From Deltaproteobacteria bacterium (GTDB lineage: Bacteria > Desulfobacterota > GWC2-55-46 > DRQE01), in NCBI GenBank assembly GCA_029858205.1, contig JAOUFM010000007.1, positions 36,423 through 100,422 on the forward strand: 64,000 bases of DNA, in the 5' to 3' direction. Made by a program: the position numbers and the translations under genes. Below the pieces are notes generated by a model that had not been told where the DNA came from, did no database searches, and was given only the letters and a program-made list of their open reading frames with translations. Each line of letters begins with the position of its first letter. The stretch's first letter is position 1. Shown here in pieces: positions 1 to 10,004 of the stretch.

Positions 1-1
1 C

Positions 2-1786
2 TATGCGCATGAAACCCAGGTGCTTGCAACTGTCATGTCCGTTGACGCCGAGCACGACCCTGAGATAGCGGCTGCCATAGGCGCCTCCATCTCTCTGTGC
101 ATCTCGGACATTCCGTTTAACGGGCCGATGGCAGCTGTGAGGGTCGGAAGAATCGACGGCAAGCTCGTCTGTAACCCCGGTCTTAAGCAGCAAAAAGAAG
201 GTGACGTCGACCTCGTTGTTGCAGGAACCGCAAACGGCATAAACATGGTCGAGGGAGGCGCAAAGTTCGTTGGCGAGGACGTGATGCTCGAAGCGCTAAA
301 TTACGCGCAGGACAATATAAACGTAATACTCGAGTTCCAGAAGAAGATAATCGCCGAGAACACGCAAAAGAAGCTCGAGTTCAAGAGCCCCGAGAAGGAC
401 GCTGCCATAGTGGCGAAGGTTGGAGAGCTTGCGAAGGCCGGGCTTAACGACGCATTCAGAACGCCTGTGAAGCAGGACCGCTACGACAAGCTTCGCGACG
501 TAAAGAAGAAGGTTGTCGAGGCCATGAGCGCCGATTTTGCAGATAAAATAGGCGAGGTAAAAGGCGCGCTCGAGGATTTGAAGTATAACATGATGCGCGA
601 GATGATACTTGCCGATTCGGTAAGGGTCGACGGCAGGGGCACCAAGGACGTCCGCCCCATTACCTGCGAAACAGGGCTTCTTCCAAGGACCCACGGCTCC
701 GCGCTCTTTACAAGGGGCGAGACGCAGGCAATGGTCGTGACGACACTTGGCACCTCGGACGACGAGCAGAAGATCGACGCAATCACCGGATGGGACTATA
801 AGCGCTTCATGCTGCACTATAACTTCCCGCCCTTTTCGGTCGGAGAGGTTAAGTTCCTTAGAAGCCCGGGAAGAAGAGAGATAGGGCACGGCGCTCTTGC
901 TGAAAGGGCCGTTAATAAGGCAATACCGTTTAATAACGGCAATGATTTCCCTTATACCATAAGGGTTGTCTCCGACATACTCGAAAGTAACGGCTCATCG
1001 AGCATGGCCTCTATTTGCGGCGCGTCTCTATCTCTCATGGACGCCGGAGTGCCGATGAAGTGCCACGTTGCGGGAATCGCAATGGGCCTTATAAAGGAAG
1101 GCAACAAGTACGCCATCCTTTCCGACATACTTGGCGACGAGGATCATCTTGGCGACATGGACTTCAAGGTCGCCGGAAGCACCGAGGGCATCACCGCGCT
1201 TCAGATGGATATTAAAATCGGCGGCGTTACGTCCGCGATAATGAAAGAAGCCCTCTACCAGGCAAAAGAGGGAAGGCTCCATATACTTGGCAAGATGAAC
1301 GCTGCTCTATCTACGCCAAAGGCAGAGCTCTCCGCATATGCTCCGCGCATCACCACCATATACGTCAAGACCGAGAAGATAAAGGACGTCATCGGGCCGG
1401 GCGGGAAGAACATAAAGGGCATAGTGCTGGCTACAGGCGCAAAGGTAGACATCGACGACACCGGAAAGGTGAATATCGCATCCGTTGACTCCGTTGCCGC
1501 GCAGAAGGCAGTGGACATGATAAGGCAGCTTACGCAGGAGCCCGAGATAGGAAAGGTATATCTTGGCAAGGTCAGAAAGATTATGGACTTTGGCGCGTTT
1601 GTCGAGATATTCCCGGGCACCGACGGTCTCGTTCATGTCTCTCAGCTCGCGCACGAGAGAGTGAAGGAAGTAAAGGACGTTCTAAAAGAGGGCGATGAGT
1701 GCCTCGTGAAGGTCCTTGAGGTAGACCCGAAGACCGGAAAGATAAGGTTATCCAGGAAGGACGCTCTCGAAGAGGGCCAGAAGTAA
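2..1786 (+). CDS. pnp: Polynucleotide phosphorylase (PNPase), 5'-truncated by window edge
   Basis: Frame is open from base 2. Contains an RNase PH-type core, a KH GxxG motif ([11 protein letters not shown]) and an S1 domain ([26 protein letters not shown]). About 590 of the roughly 700 aa expected are present. Confidence 0.95.
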   Translation, partial: YAHETQVLATVMSVDAEHDPEIAAAIGASISLCISDIPFNGPMAAVRVGRIDGKLVCNPGLKQQKEGDVDLVVAGTANGINMVEGGAKFVGEDVMLEALNYAQDNINVILEFQKKIIAENTQKKLEFKSPEKDAAIVAKVGELAKAGLNDAFRTPVKQDRYDKLRDVKKKVVEAMSADFADKIGEVKGALEDLKYNMMREMILADSVRVDGRGTKDVRPITCETGLLPRTHGSALFTRGETQAMVVTTLGTSDDEQKIDAITGWDYKRFMLHYNFPPFSVGEVKFLRSPGRREIGHGALAERAVNKAIPFNNGNDFPYTIRVVSDILESNGSSSMASICGASLSLMDAGVPMKCHVAGIAMGLIKEGNKYAILSDILGDEDHLGDMDFKVAGSTEGITALQMDIKIGGVTSAIMKEALYQAKEGRLHILGKMNAALSTPKAELSAYAPRITTIYVKTEKIKDVIGPGGKNIKGIVLATGAKVDIDDTGKVNIASVDSVAAQKAVDMIRQLTQEPEIGKVYLGKVRKIMDFGAFVEIFPGTDGLVHVSQLAHERVKEVKDVLKEGDECLVKVLEVDPKTGKIRLSRKDALEEGQK

Positions 1787-1806
1787 GTTTTTTTCAGGGC
1801 TTAGCG

Positions 1807-1832
1807 GCGCGCCGCCACAAGTGGCGGCGCGC
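1807..1832. terminator. Perfect GC-rich hairpin downstream of pnp (gcgcgccgccac-aa-gtggcggcgcgc), no U-tract
   Basis: The 12-nt arms are exact reverse complements by direct reading. The following sequence (ataaccg) is not T-rich, so intrinsic-terminator function is uncertain. Confidence 0.35.
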
Positions 1833-1870
1833 ATAACCGTTCAAATATATCTCCATCCCAAAGGTGCGCC

Positions 1871-3127
1871 ATGTCTCGCATCAAAAAGACCCTTCTTGAC
1901 GGCGGTATAAAGGTCATTACCGAGGAAATGCCGGATGTGGAGAGTTCCACAATCGGCGTCTGGGTAAAGACAGGTTCGAGAAGCGAGGGCGCTGCCGATA
2001 AGGGCATATCGCACTTCATCGAACACCTCCTTTTCAAGGGAACCAAAAGAAGGACCTCACTCGACATCGCACGAGAGATAGAAGGGGTTGGCGGCGTGCT
2101 TAACGCCTTCACCGGCAAGGAGTATACCTGCTTTTACGCCAAGGTCTTGAATAAGGACCTTCCGCTGGCAATAGACCTTCTCTCCGATATTTTCCTGAAC
2201 CCTGTGTTCGACCCTGCTGAGCTCGAAAAGGAGCGCATGGTGGTTTTGCAGGAAATAAAGATGGTCGAGGACACCCCGGACGACATCATACACGACATGC
2301 TTGCCTCCGAGATGTGGAAGGGAAGCTCTGCGGCAAGCCCGGTGCTTGGCTCCGCTGCCACTGTATCGGCAATAACCAGGGAAAGCGTGCGGGAGTATTT
2401 TCTTCGCCACTATGCCGCGCCAAATGTTTTTATAGCCGCTGCCGGAGGAATTAAGCACAAAAATGTGGTAAAATATTTAGATAAGGCCTTTAAGGGGTTT
2501 AGCAGGCGAAGCGGCAGGGAAAAGTTCGATATGCCCGTTCCGGCAAGGACGGTAAAGGTCACGGAGAAGAAGCTTGAGCAGGCGCACTTTTGTCTCGGCG
2601 TGCCCACCCCTTCGCAGACGCACCCGGACAGGTATAAGTTCTATCTTCTAAACACTATACTTGGCGGCGGCATGAGCTCCAGGCTCTTTCAGGAGATAAG
2701 GGAAAAGCGCGGGCTCGCGTACTCGGTGTATTCGTACCTGAACCTTTTAAACGACACGGGAGCGCTTGTTGTTTACGCAGGAACTTCTCCGAAGAACTTC
2801 GCCAAGACGGTTGAGCTTATACTAAAGGAGTTTGCGCTCCTCGTAAAGGGCGCTAAAAAGGCCGAGCTCGATAGCGCGAAGGAGCAGCTAAAGGGCGGCA
2901 TGCTCCTGGGGCTCGAGACAAGTGACAACAGAATGACCAAGATAGCGAGAGACGAAATGTGTTTTGGCCGCGAGGTGCCGGTCAGGGAGATAGTAAAAGG
3001 CATAGACTCGGTGACAACCGCCGGGCTAAAACGCGCTGCAGCCTCGATATTCTCGCCAAAGGCCGTGACGCTTGTAGCGCTTGGCAAGGTGGACAGTAAG
3101 TCTTTGCCAAAGGCTCTTAAACGTTAA
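1871..3127 (+). CDS. M16-family zinc metallopeptidase (pitrilysin-like)
   Basis: Inverted zinc motif HxxEH (GISHFIEHLLFKGT) near the N-terminus. Length of 418 aa is typical of M16B. Confidence 0.88.
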   Translation: MSRIKKTLLDGGIKVITEEMPDVESSTIGVWVKTGSRSEGAADKGISHFIEHLLFKGTKRRTSLDIAREIEGVGGVLNAFTGKEYTCFYAKVLNKDLPLAIDLLSDIFLNPVFDPAELEKERMVVLQEIKMVEDTPDDIIHDMLASEMWKGSSAASPVLGSAATVSAITRESVREYFLRHYAAPNVFIAAAGGIKHKNVVKYLDKAFKGFSRRSGREKFDMPVPARTVKVTEKKLEQAHFCLGVPTPSQTHPDRYKFYLLNTILGGGMSSRLFQEIREKRGLAYSVYSYLNLLNDTGALVVYAGTSPKNFAKTVELILKEFALLVKGAKKAELDSAKEQLKGGMLLGLETSDNRMTKIARDEMCFGREVPVREIVKGIDSVTTAGLKRAAASIFSPKAVTLVALGKVDSKSLPKALKR

Positions 3128-3152
3128 AACTCCGGGGGGAGGGCAAGGCATC

Positions 3153-3821
3153 ATGAAGATACTCGTAGTCGAAGACGAGAAAAAAGTAGCAAGCTTCATA
3201 AAACGCGGGCTCGAGCAGGAGGGCTACGTAGTGGACGCAGTCGAGGACGGCGTTAAGGGCGAGTCCTACGCTGAAACCAACGAGTACGACGTCATAGTCT
3301 TAGACATAATGCTTCCCTCCAAGAGCGGGCTCGATGTGCTAAAGGCCTTAAAGGAGAAGAAGGTAAAGTCGTCCATAATACTCTTGACTGCGCGCGATAC
3401 TGTCGAGGACAGGGTAGCAGGATTGAACCTTGGCGCAGACGATTATCTTACCAAACCATTTGCGTTCGAGGAGCTTCTTGCAAGAGTAAGGGCGCTCTCG
3501 AGGCGCGGCGCAGGAGGCATGGCCGAGCTTAAGTTCGAGGACTTGAGCCTTGACCCTGTGACGCGAAAGGCAGTAAGGGCAGGCCAGGAGATAGAGCTTA
3601 CTTTAAAGGAGTACGCGCTGCTCGAATATCTGCTTAGGAACCCGAACCGCGTGCTCTCCAGAACGCTCATTGCCGAGAATGTCTGGAAGCAGAGTTTCGA
3701 TACCGAGACGAATGTAGTCGACGTTTATATAAACCACTTGAGAAATAAGCTCGATAAGCCGCCTTTTAAGAGATTGATACACACTGTGAGGGGCGTGGGG
3801 TATGTTATCAAGAGCGAGTAG
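3153..3821 (+). CDS. OmpR/PhoB-family response regulator
   Basis: MKILVVEDE start with GGGGAGGG about 10 nt upstream. Receiver Asp in VIVLDIMLP, conserved LTAR..KPF, and a C-terminal winged helix (TVRGVGYVIK). The ATG at 3153 is preferred over the ORF-track start at 3081, which overlaps the peptidase gene. Confidence 0.9.
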   Translation: MKILVVEDEKKVASFIKRGLEQEGYVVDAVEDGVKGESYAETNEYDVIVLDIMLPSKSGLDVLKALKEKKVKSSIILLTARDTVEDRVAGLNLGADDYLTKPFAFEELLARVRALSRRGAGGMAELKFEDLSLDPVTRKAVRAGQEIELTLKEYALLEYLLRNPNRVLSRTLIAENVWKQSFDTETNVVDVYINHLRNKLDKPPFKRLIHTVRGVGYVIKSE

Positions 3822-3841
3822 CTCTTGCGGGGATTTGGGCT

Positions 3842-5254
3842 ATGTTGACCGAAAGCGTAAAAGAAGCTCTTAAAAGGGCCGTTGGCAAAGACAAGGTGTC
3901 CTTTCTACGGGAAGACCTGCTCTGTTATTCCTTTGACGCAACCAATAAAAAGCACATGCCAGGCGCCGTTGTGTTCGCGGCGGATGCCGAGGACGTATCG
4001 CGTTTGATGCGCCTTGCCAACAAGGAAGGCTTTGCCGTCATACCCAGGGGCGCGGGAACCGGGTTTACCGGAGGAAGCGTGCCCTCGATAAACGGCGGTG
4101 GCGGCGTTGTCCTGTCCCTTGAGCGCATGAATAGTATTATAGAAATAGACAAGGCCAACATGACGGCAGTGGTCGAGCCGGGAGTCATTACCGGAGACCT
4201 GCAAGACGAGGCCGAGAAAAACGGCCTTTTCTATCCGCCAGACCCCACGAGCTCGAACTTCTCGACAATTGGCGGCAATATCGCCGAGTGCGCCGGAGGC
4301 CCAAGGTGCGTAAAGTACGGCGTTACAAAGGACTATGTGCTAGGGCTCGAGGCCGTGCTCCCAACAGGCGAAATAATTCGCACGGGCGTTAAAAAAACGC
4401 TAAAGGGTGTGGCTGGGTACGATTTAACCAAGCTCATCGTAGGCTCCGAAGGTACCCTTGCCATCGTAACAAAGGCGTATCTGAAGCTAACGGCGCTTCC
4501 GCCTGTAAGAAAGACAATGCTTGCGAAGTTTAAGCGCGTGGAGGACGCTGCCTCTGCCGTGATAGCGGTAATGTCGGCAAAGGTAGTGCCGTCGATGATG
4601 GAGCTTATGGATTCTGCCTCCATCAGGTGCGTTGCGGCCAATTCAGGCACAGGGCTCGAAGGGGTTGGCGCAGCGCTTTTAATGGAAGCGGACGGCAGCG
4701 AGAGCTCTGTAAAAGACGACGTTGCGGCGATTGAGAGAGAGGTAAAGGCGCACGGAGCAATTGAATTCAGGGTCGCAGCCGACAAGAATGAAGTGAAGGA
4801 TTTATGGAAGCTAAGGAAGTCCATCTCCCCGGCGTTAAACAAGCTTAAGCCGACCAAGATAAATGAGGACGTCGTTGTGCCGAGGTCGCGTCTTGTTGAG
4901 CTTATAAAAGGGGTCGAGACCATAGCAGAGGCAAAGAAGGTGCTTGTTGCGTGCTTTGGCCACGCGGGCGACGGTAATATCCATGTAAACGTCATGATCG
5001 ACGGCTCTGATGCCGACGAGGCGCGGCGCGGGGCAGAGGCCGTTAAGAGCGTATTCGAGCTTGTTCTCCATCTGGACGGCACCATCACAGGAGAGCATGG
5101 CATAGGCACTGCAAAGGCCGAGTTTTTGCCAATGGAGCTTGGCATTGACACGATAGATGCGATGAAGAGGATAAAAAAGGCCCTTGACCCGAACAACGTG
5201 CTTAACCCGGGTAAAATTTTCCTTCCCGATGCGGCGCGGGCAAAGGCGGTTTGA
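3842..5254 (+). CDS. glcD: FAD-linked oxidase, GlcD / D-lactate dehydrogenase-like
   Basis: FAD-binding PCMH-type motifs (VIPRGAGTGFTGGSVP) and the C-terminal GTITGEHGIG motif. Confidence 0.85.
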   Translation: MLTESVKEALKRAVGKDKVSFLREDLLCYSFDATNKKHMPGAVVFAADAEDVSRLMRLANKEGFAVIPRGAGTGFTGGSVPSINGGGGVVLSLERMNSIIEIDKANMTAVVEPGVITGDLQDEAEKNGLFYPPDPTSSNFSTIGGNIAECAGGPRCVKYGVTKDYVLGLEAVLPTGEIIRTGVKKTLKGVAGYDLTKLIVGSEGTLAIVTKAYLKLTALPPVRKTMLAKFKRVEDAASAVIAVMSAKVVPSMMELMDSASIRCVAANSGTGLEGVGAALLMEADGSESSVKDDVAAIEREVKAHGAIEFRVAADKNEVKDLWKLRKSISPALNKLKPTKINEDVVVPRSRLVELIKGVETIAEAKKVLVACFGHAGDGNIHVNVMIDGSDADEARRGAEAVKSVFELVLHLDGTITGEHGIGTAKAEFLPMELGIDTIDAMKRIKKALDPNNVLNPGKIFLPDAARAKAV

Positions 5255-5257
5255 TAG

Positions 5258-6535
5258 ATGATGAACGTGGATGAAATACTTAAAGAAGCAGCCAGGTGCG
5301 TGCGCTGCGGCACATGCAAGAGCTCTTGCCCGACATTCGCCGTGCTCGGCAAGGAACCCTCCGGGCCAAGGGGCAGGGTAACGCTTGTCGAGGCCAGGTT
5401 TTCGGGAGAGCAGGGCTTTACAAAGGCTTACGTAAAAGACCTTAAGGACTGCACTCTTTGTGGCTCTTGCAAGTATAACTGTCCAAACGATGTCGACGTG
5501 CCTTCTCTTGTCATAGCCGGAAGGGTCGAGAGTGTGGAGAGAGAGGGGCTCTCGCTTGCAGCATCGATGGTATTAAAGAACGTCGTAAACTCTTCGTGGG
5601 TGATGCCGACGGTAATGAAGGCAGCGTCCATGTTCCAGGGCGTGCTCTTTAAGTCCTCGGAAAGGGAGAACGGCCTCATAAGCCGCTTTGCTCTGCCGTT
5701 AATAGGTGGAGGACGTCTTGTCCCTGAGATAGCGCGCGAGTTCTTTCTCGAAAAGCCGGAGGTAAGGAAACTTTCCTTCGAGGAAACAGGAAAGAAGAAA
5801 AGAAGCGGCATCATAAGGGCGGCCTTCTACGCCGGTTGTGGTGTTAATTACCTTTTGCCCGGGATTGGGGATGCAACTTTAAAGGCCCTTAAGGCCGCGG
5901 GAGTGGATATAGTTGTTCCATCCGAGCAGCTTTGCTGCGGCATGCCAGCGCTCTCGGCAGGCGACGAGGCAACTGCAAAAGACCTTGTCATAAAGAACCT
6001 CGAGGCCTTTGGTGCCGGAGAGTATGATTACGTGGTAACTTCGTGCGCCACCTGCGGCCACGCGCTAAAGCAGATGTTTAACGACGTGCTCAGAAACGAG
6101 AGCGAGGCGCTGCGGCGTCGGGCCCTCGAATTCTCCGCCAAGGTGCGCGATATAACCGAATTCCTGGACCGTGACATAGGGATACAACCGTCTGTAAACG
6201 GCGCTGGTAAAGGTAAAAAGGTCGCGTATCACGACCCGTGCCACTTAAGACGCTATCAGAATATCGCCGATGAGCCGCGTAACCTGATAGACAAGTCCGG
6301 GGCAGTGTACACGAGAATGAAGAACCCGTGTAAGTGCTGCGGCCTGGGGGGCGGACTGGCGTTTAGCAACTACGAGGCCTCCGTTGAGATAGGGCGTAAA
6401 AAGGCCGAGAGCATAAAGGAATCCGGCGCAGAGGTGGTGGCAACGGCATGCCCGGGGTGCATCGTTCAGCTTAAGGATTCGCTCAATAGAAACGGCGTTG
6501 ATGTGGAGGTCGTTCACGTTGTAGAGCTACTCTGA
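5258..6535 (+). CDS. glcF: (Fe-S)-binding oxidoreductase subunit, GlcF-like (2x4Fe-4S + 2 CCG domains)
   Basis: CVRCGTCKSSCP and CTLCGSCKYNCP ferredoxin motifs, plus later Cys-rich CCG-type stretches (CCGMP, CKCCGLGGG, ACPGC). Lies 4 nt after glcD. Confidence 0.85.
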   Translation: MMNVDEILKEAARCVRCGTCKSSCPTFAVLGKEPSGPRGRVTLVEARFSGEQGFTKAYVKDLKDCTLCGSCKYNCPNDVDVPSLVIAGRVESVEREGLSLAASMVLKNVVNSSWVMPTVMKAASMFQGVLFKSSERENGLISRFALPLIGGGRLVPEIAREFFLEKPEVRKLSFEETGKKKRSGIIRAAFYAGCGVNYLLPGIGDATLKALKAAGVDIVVPSEQLCCGMPALSAGDEATAKDLVIKNLEAFGAGEYDYVVTSCATCGHALKQMFNDVLRNESEALRRRALEFSAKVRDITEFLDRDIGIQPSVNGAGKGKKVAYHDPCHLRRYQNIADEPRNLIDKSGAVYTRMKNPCKCCGLGGGLAFSNYEASVEIGRKKAESIKESGAEVVATACPGCIVQLKDSLNRNGVDVEVVHVVELL

Positions 6536-6568
6536 AAAAAGCAGCAGCGAGTTTTTTAAGGAGAACCG

Positions 6569-8638
6569 TTGAAGTTCGTTTTTTGCGTGCATAACCACCA
6601 GCCGGTGGGCAATTTTCTGAATGTCATCGAGGAGGCCTTTGACCGTTCTTACGAGCCCTTCCTTAAGCGTCTCTACGCTCATCCCAAGGTAAAGTTCTCT
6701 TATCATTCCACCGGGTATCTTCTCGACTGGCTCGTGAAACATAAGCCCGCTTATATCGACATGCTTCGCGAAATGGTATCGAGAGGGCAGGTCGAGATGG
6801 TCGGCGGCGGATACTATGAGCCTGTAATAGCCGTTATTCCGTTCGATGACCGCATCGGGCAGTTAAAGATGATGAACGAGAGGATAGAGTCGCTTTTTGG
6901 CAAAGTGCCGCGCGGCATCTGGCTGGCCGAGAGGGTATGGGACCCGACACTTCCGGCAACTATCGAGGCAGCAGGGCTCGAGTACGTGGTGGTAGATGAT
7001 TACCATTTTGTAAAATCAGGATTGAATGCCGAGGAGCTTAAGGGCTACTACGTCACCGAAGACGTCGGCAAGAAGACCATGGTATTTCCCGGAAGCGAGC
7101 GCTTACGGTACCTGATACCGTTTGAAAAGCCCGAGAAGCTGCACGAGTTTTTTAGCGCAAAGCGGCAAAAGGGCGGCATCGCGGTATTTGCAGACGACGG
7201 CGAGAAGTTCGGCGTTTGGCCAAATACATATAAATGGGTATACGAGAACGGCTGGTTCGAGGGGTTCCTGTCTGTGTTAGAGAGCGGCGTTGTCGAGACC
7301 GCTTCGTTTTCAGCGTGCCTTGATACTGCTGAGCCAGAGGGCAGAGTATATCTTCCGACGACCTCGTACATGGAGATGGGCGAGTGGGCGCTTCCGCCTT
7401 CGGCATCGCGCGAGTACGCGGTGCTTAGAGAAGAGGTCAAGGCGCGCCACGACGGCGAGCGGATGCTTCGTTATATGCAGGGCGGGATGTGGAGGAATTT
7501 TTTCGCCAAGTACAGCGAGGCCGACTGGATACACAAGCGCATGCTGATGGCAAGCGAAGCTGTCAATGCCGCGAAAAAGGCGAAGACATACGATGAGGCA
7601 AGAAAGTTTCTCTATATGGCGCAGAGTAACGACCCCTACTGGCACGGCGTGTTCGGCGGGCTCTATCTGCCGCATCTTAGGACCGCTGCCTACGAAAATA
7701 TCATAAAGGCCGAGGAGCTTGCAGTGAGGGAGGGTAGCGAGCCTTTTACAGAGACAGTTGACCTTGACCTCGACACACACGATGAGATAATAATACGGAC
7801 GCCTAAGTTGAATATGTTCTTTAGCCCGAGACGCGGCGGCTCTCTTGTTGAGCTGGATTTTCGCCCGGCTTCGGTAAACGTCATGAACGTGCTAAGCCGC
7901 TACTACGAAGGCTACCATGAGAAACTAAAGCACGGCAATACCTCTACCGTGATGGACTCAACAAAGAGCATCCACGACATGGTGCTTGTAAAGGAAGAGG
8001 GGCTTGAGAAGAAACTTGTCTATGATAACGCAAGGCGCGCCTCTTTGAGGCAATACTTCCTTGGCATGAACGAGAGCCTCGATAACTTCCGGTCTTCCGC
8101 AGTGGTTGACGGCGCAGGGTTTTTCGACGCGCTCCACGATTATACGCTGACCGACACGGGTGTTGAGTTTACTAAAGACGGCGAGGTCTTTGGGCTTCCT
8201 GTGAGGGTAGTTAAGAAGATAGAGGTAACGAAGGACGATTCATTCGATGTTTTATGCTCTGCCTTGCCAAAGGGCAAGGGCTCGGTCGAGGCGCTGATGG
8301 CCCTTGAGTTCAACTTCTGCATGCCCGGATGCGCTGGCCCTGTGTGCGCATATGAGATAGACGGCGTTGACGGAGTAGATAGAAACCTCGCGTCCTCGGG
8401 TGTAGCGGAAGGAATCAATACGGTTTCCCTAATCGACGGGTATGCGAAAATAAAGATAACGCTCAAGGCCGACAAGCCCTTTACGCTCTGGCGCTATCCC
8501 ATAGAGACGGTGTCTTTGTCCGAGGCAGGCTTCGAGCGCATATACCAGGGCTCGAGCGTGGTGCTTACCTCAAGAGTTTCCCTGTCTGAAAACAGCAATG
8601 CCAACCTGAAAGTCTCAATCCGCATAGAGAGCTTATGA
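6569..8638 (+). CDS. Glycoside hydrolase family 57 (alpha-amylase / 4-alpha-glucanotransferase-like)
   Basis: N-terminus MKFVFCVHNHQPVGNF carries the characteristic GH57 region I (HQP). Also GQVE..GGYYEP and WLAERVW motifs. Uses a TTG start. Confidence 0.85.
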   Translation: MKFVFCVHNHQPVGNFLNVIEEAFDRSYEPFLKRLYAHPKVKFSYHSTGYLLDWLVKHKPAYIDMLREMVSRGQVEMVGGGYYEPVIAVIPFDDRIGQLKMMNERIESLFGKVPRGIWLAERVWDPTLPATIEAAGLEYVVVDDYHFVKSGLNAEELKGYYVTEDVGKKTMVFPGSERLRYLIPFEKPEKLHEFFSAKRQKGGIAVFADDGEKFGVWPNTYKWVYENGWFEGFLSVLESGVVETASFSACLDTAEPEGRVYLPTTSYMEMGEWALPPSASREYAVLREEVKARHDGERMLRYMQGGMWRNFFAKYSEADWIHKRMLMASEAVNAAKKAKTYDEARKFLYMAQSNDPYWHGVFGGLYLPHLRTAAYENIIKAEELAVREGSEPFTETVDLDLDTHDEIIIRTPKLNMFFSPRRGGSLVELDFRPASVNVMNVLSRYYEGYHEKLKHGNTSTVMDSTKSIHDMVLVKEEGLEKKLVYDNARRASLRQYFLGMNESLDNFRSSAVVDGAGFFDALHDYTLTDTGVEFTKDGEVFGLPVRVVKKIEVTKDDSFDVLCSALPKGKGSVEALMALEFNFCMPGCAGPVCAYEIDGVDGVDRNLASSGVAEGINTVSLIDGYAKIKITLKADKPFTLWRYPIETVSLSEAGFERIYQGSSVVLTSRVSLSENSNANLKVSIRIESL

Positions 8639-9996
8639 GAACGCGTATTCTCGTCTTGCTTGCGTTGTTATTTGTTGGGTTGGGTGTGTTCGTATACATA
8701 TCGATGGTTCCAGACAGACTCAGTGTGGAGCCGCGGCAGTGTACGGTAAAGAATTTTGGAATAGCGGAATTAGTGGAATTCGAAAAGTTTGTTTCTGAAA
8801 ATGGGGTGCAGGAGCCGGATTATCGTGGTAGAACGCGGTTTAAGGTACGTAGGGACGGGTATGTGATAATAAAGAGTGCGGCGCTTGAAAAGGGCGGGCG
8901 GTATGGAGTAATAGAGATCGACGTCTTTCAGGAAGATATTAATGATTCCGAATGCCATGCTTGGGGGGCATGGTTTTATGATTCCCAAGACGATTCATTC
9001 CGCGTGCCATTGGCATTTAAACATTTTTATAATGATAGTAATTTGTTACATGTCAACCATGCGTCTTCCGAGGTGGTCATATCGGATTTGTTTGAGGGTG
9101 ATTATGGTGTGCGTTATGGCCGGTATCAGTATTTGATAGACCCGAAAAGCAGGACTGTAGTGGCTGAGCAGGAGCTTCCTGATTTGCCGATAAAATTCGT
9201 AAAGGGAATCGGGGATAAGGTTTATTTCGAGTTCAGTGGGCACACTGTTGAGGCTGTTTTGTCTGAGGACTCTAGTTTAAAGGATATACTAATATCCAGT
9301 ACGAATGGTGCTGTTTCTGTCGACGGTGATAACGAAAAAGTGCTGTATGCTGTGAATAAAAATAGCAAGGAGCATGAATACAGGCTCCGAACTTCGATTG
9401 GGACGTATGGTCGTACCCCGTCTAATATTATAGAGGTGGTGAGTGGTGTACGCACGGAATATAAAATACCGTTACCTTCCGAGGAGGAATATAAACGGAT
9501 ATATCCGGAGCAGGATTACGGGTTGGATGATTTTAGTATGTCGACTCATGGATTTGGTGGGTATCATGTTGTTAGTTCTAAGATGTGGTTTGGCACTAGT
9601 TTTTATAATTCCGAAGGTGAGGTCAGTGTAAGTTCGATAGGTAATTTTGATTTTGAAGAGATGCAGTATGATGTATGGTACGATAAACTGTTTTCGCCGT
9701 ATTCGATAACCGCTCTTCATGTTCTTGGTGATGATATCTGGGCTGCTGCCTCGGTAAGGTCAGATGAGGCTGAATATCCGGTAGCTGTGCTAAAGTTGAA
9801 GTATAAGAAAGGCGGTAAAATAATTTTTGAACCGGATTATAATATATGGGGTATCGGCGAGTATAAGGGCGTTTTGTTTTTTGAGGCTGATGACGGCATG
9901 TATGTGCTTGCGGATAGAAGGTTATATCGCGTGCTGGCGGCAAAGGATAAGGAAGGGAAATATAAGATATACATCCAGGAGATTAAGAAAGGATAA
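8635..9996 (+). CDS. Hypothetical membrane-anchored protein (1 N-terminal TM, about 420 aa extracytoplasmic part), AT-rich
   Basis: Long uninterrupted ORF with an ATGA start/stop overlap with the GH57 gene. N-terminal hydrophobic helix ILVLLALLFVGLGVFVYI. I recognise no family motif. Confidence 0.65.
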   Translation: MRTRILVLLALLFVGLGVFVYISMVPDRLSVEPRQCTVKNFGIAELVEFEKFVSENGVQEPDYRGRTRFKVRRDGYVIIKSAALEKGGRYGVIEIDVFQEDINDSECHAWGAWFYDSQDDSFRVPLAFKHFYNDSNLLHVNHASSEVVISDLFEGDYGVRYGRYQYLIDPKSRTVVAEQELPDLPIKFVKGIGDKVYFEFSGHTVEAVLSEDSSLKDILISSTNGAVSVDGDNEKVLYAVNKNSKEHEYRLRTSIGTYGRTPSNIIEVVSGVRTEYKIPLPSEEEYKRIYPEQDYGLDDFSMSTHGFGGYHVVSSKMWFGTSFYNSEGEVSVSSIGNFDFEEMQYDVWYDKLFSPYSITALHVLGDDIWAAASVRSDEAEYPVAVLKLKYKKGGKIIFEPDYNIWGIGEYKGVLFFEADDGMYVLADRRLYRVLAAKDKEGKYKIYIQEIKKG

Positions 9997-10004
9997 GGCT
10001 GTGT

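Noticed and set aside
4333-5352. 339-aa minus-strand ORF
   Set aside because: It is antisense to glcD and the start of glcF, with a Ser/Ala/Thr-rich product and no motifs.
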